Made by a program: the position numbers and the translations under genes. DNA of 60,363 nt from positions 1 to 60,363 of the forward strand of contig JBCNUW010000011.1 in NCBI GenBank assembly GCA_039630575.1, given 5' to 3'. A model generated the notes under the pieces. That model was not told the DNA's origin. It saw only the letters and a list, made by a program, of their open reading frames with translations, and searched no databases. This stretch comes from Candidatus Hydrothermales bacterium. Its GTDB lineage: Bacteria; Hydrothermota; Hydrothermia; Hydrothermales; JAJRUZ01. This document shows, piece after piece, positions 60,329 through 60,363 of this stretch (the stretch's first letter is position 1; every line of letters starts with the position of its first letter).

Positions 60329-60357
60329 ATTATACAAAAGAGTAACTAGAAATTCAA
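60329..60357 (-). promoter_or_regulatory. sigma70-type promoter
   Basis: TTGAAT, 17-nt spacer, TATAAT, followed by GGAGG SD and ATG 60309. Confidence 0.75.
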
Positions 60358-60363
60358 AAGCAT

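Noticed and set aside
1..60363. CRISPR arrays, IS elements, prophage, rRNA, and the many short nested or antisense ORFs in the track
   Set aside because: No repeat-spacer pattern or transposase, integrase or phage motifs were seen; the nested ORFs lie within well-supported genes and lack motifs.

Overview
AT-rich, very gene-dense chromosomal segment from a diderm bacterium. Lys/Glu/Ile-rich proteins suggest a thermophile; SprA, a T9SS-type C-terminal domain protein, Lnt and GT9 suggest an FCB-related lineage such as candidate phylum WOR-3 (inference). Most of the window is housekeeping: tRNA-Trp-rpmG-secE-nusG-rplKAJL-rpoBC-leuS-recG, rpsP-khpA-rimM-trmD-rplS-rnhB-tpiA-secG, topA, ileS-dksA-lspA and a split NAD synthetase. 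Highlights: (1) a porin-multiheme cytochrome cluster (octaheme lipoprotein, ArsR, beta-barrel, dodecaheme, diheme lipoprotein; 22 CxxCH motifs) resembling an extracellular electron conduit; (2) five sense-strand intergenic motifs G-TTCnAnY-C that mimic the tRNA T-arm; (3) a compact SprA/Sov translocon and a T9SS cargo protein; (4) extremely short signal peptides; (5) an orphan TM-GAF-MCP receptor; (6) small genes missed by the ORF track (rpmG, a LiaF-like membrane peptide) and a decayed gene. No CRISPR array, rRNA or mobile element was seen.
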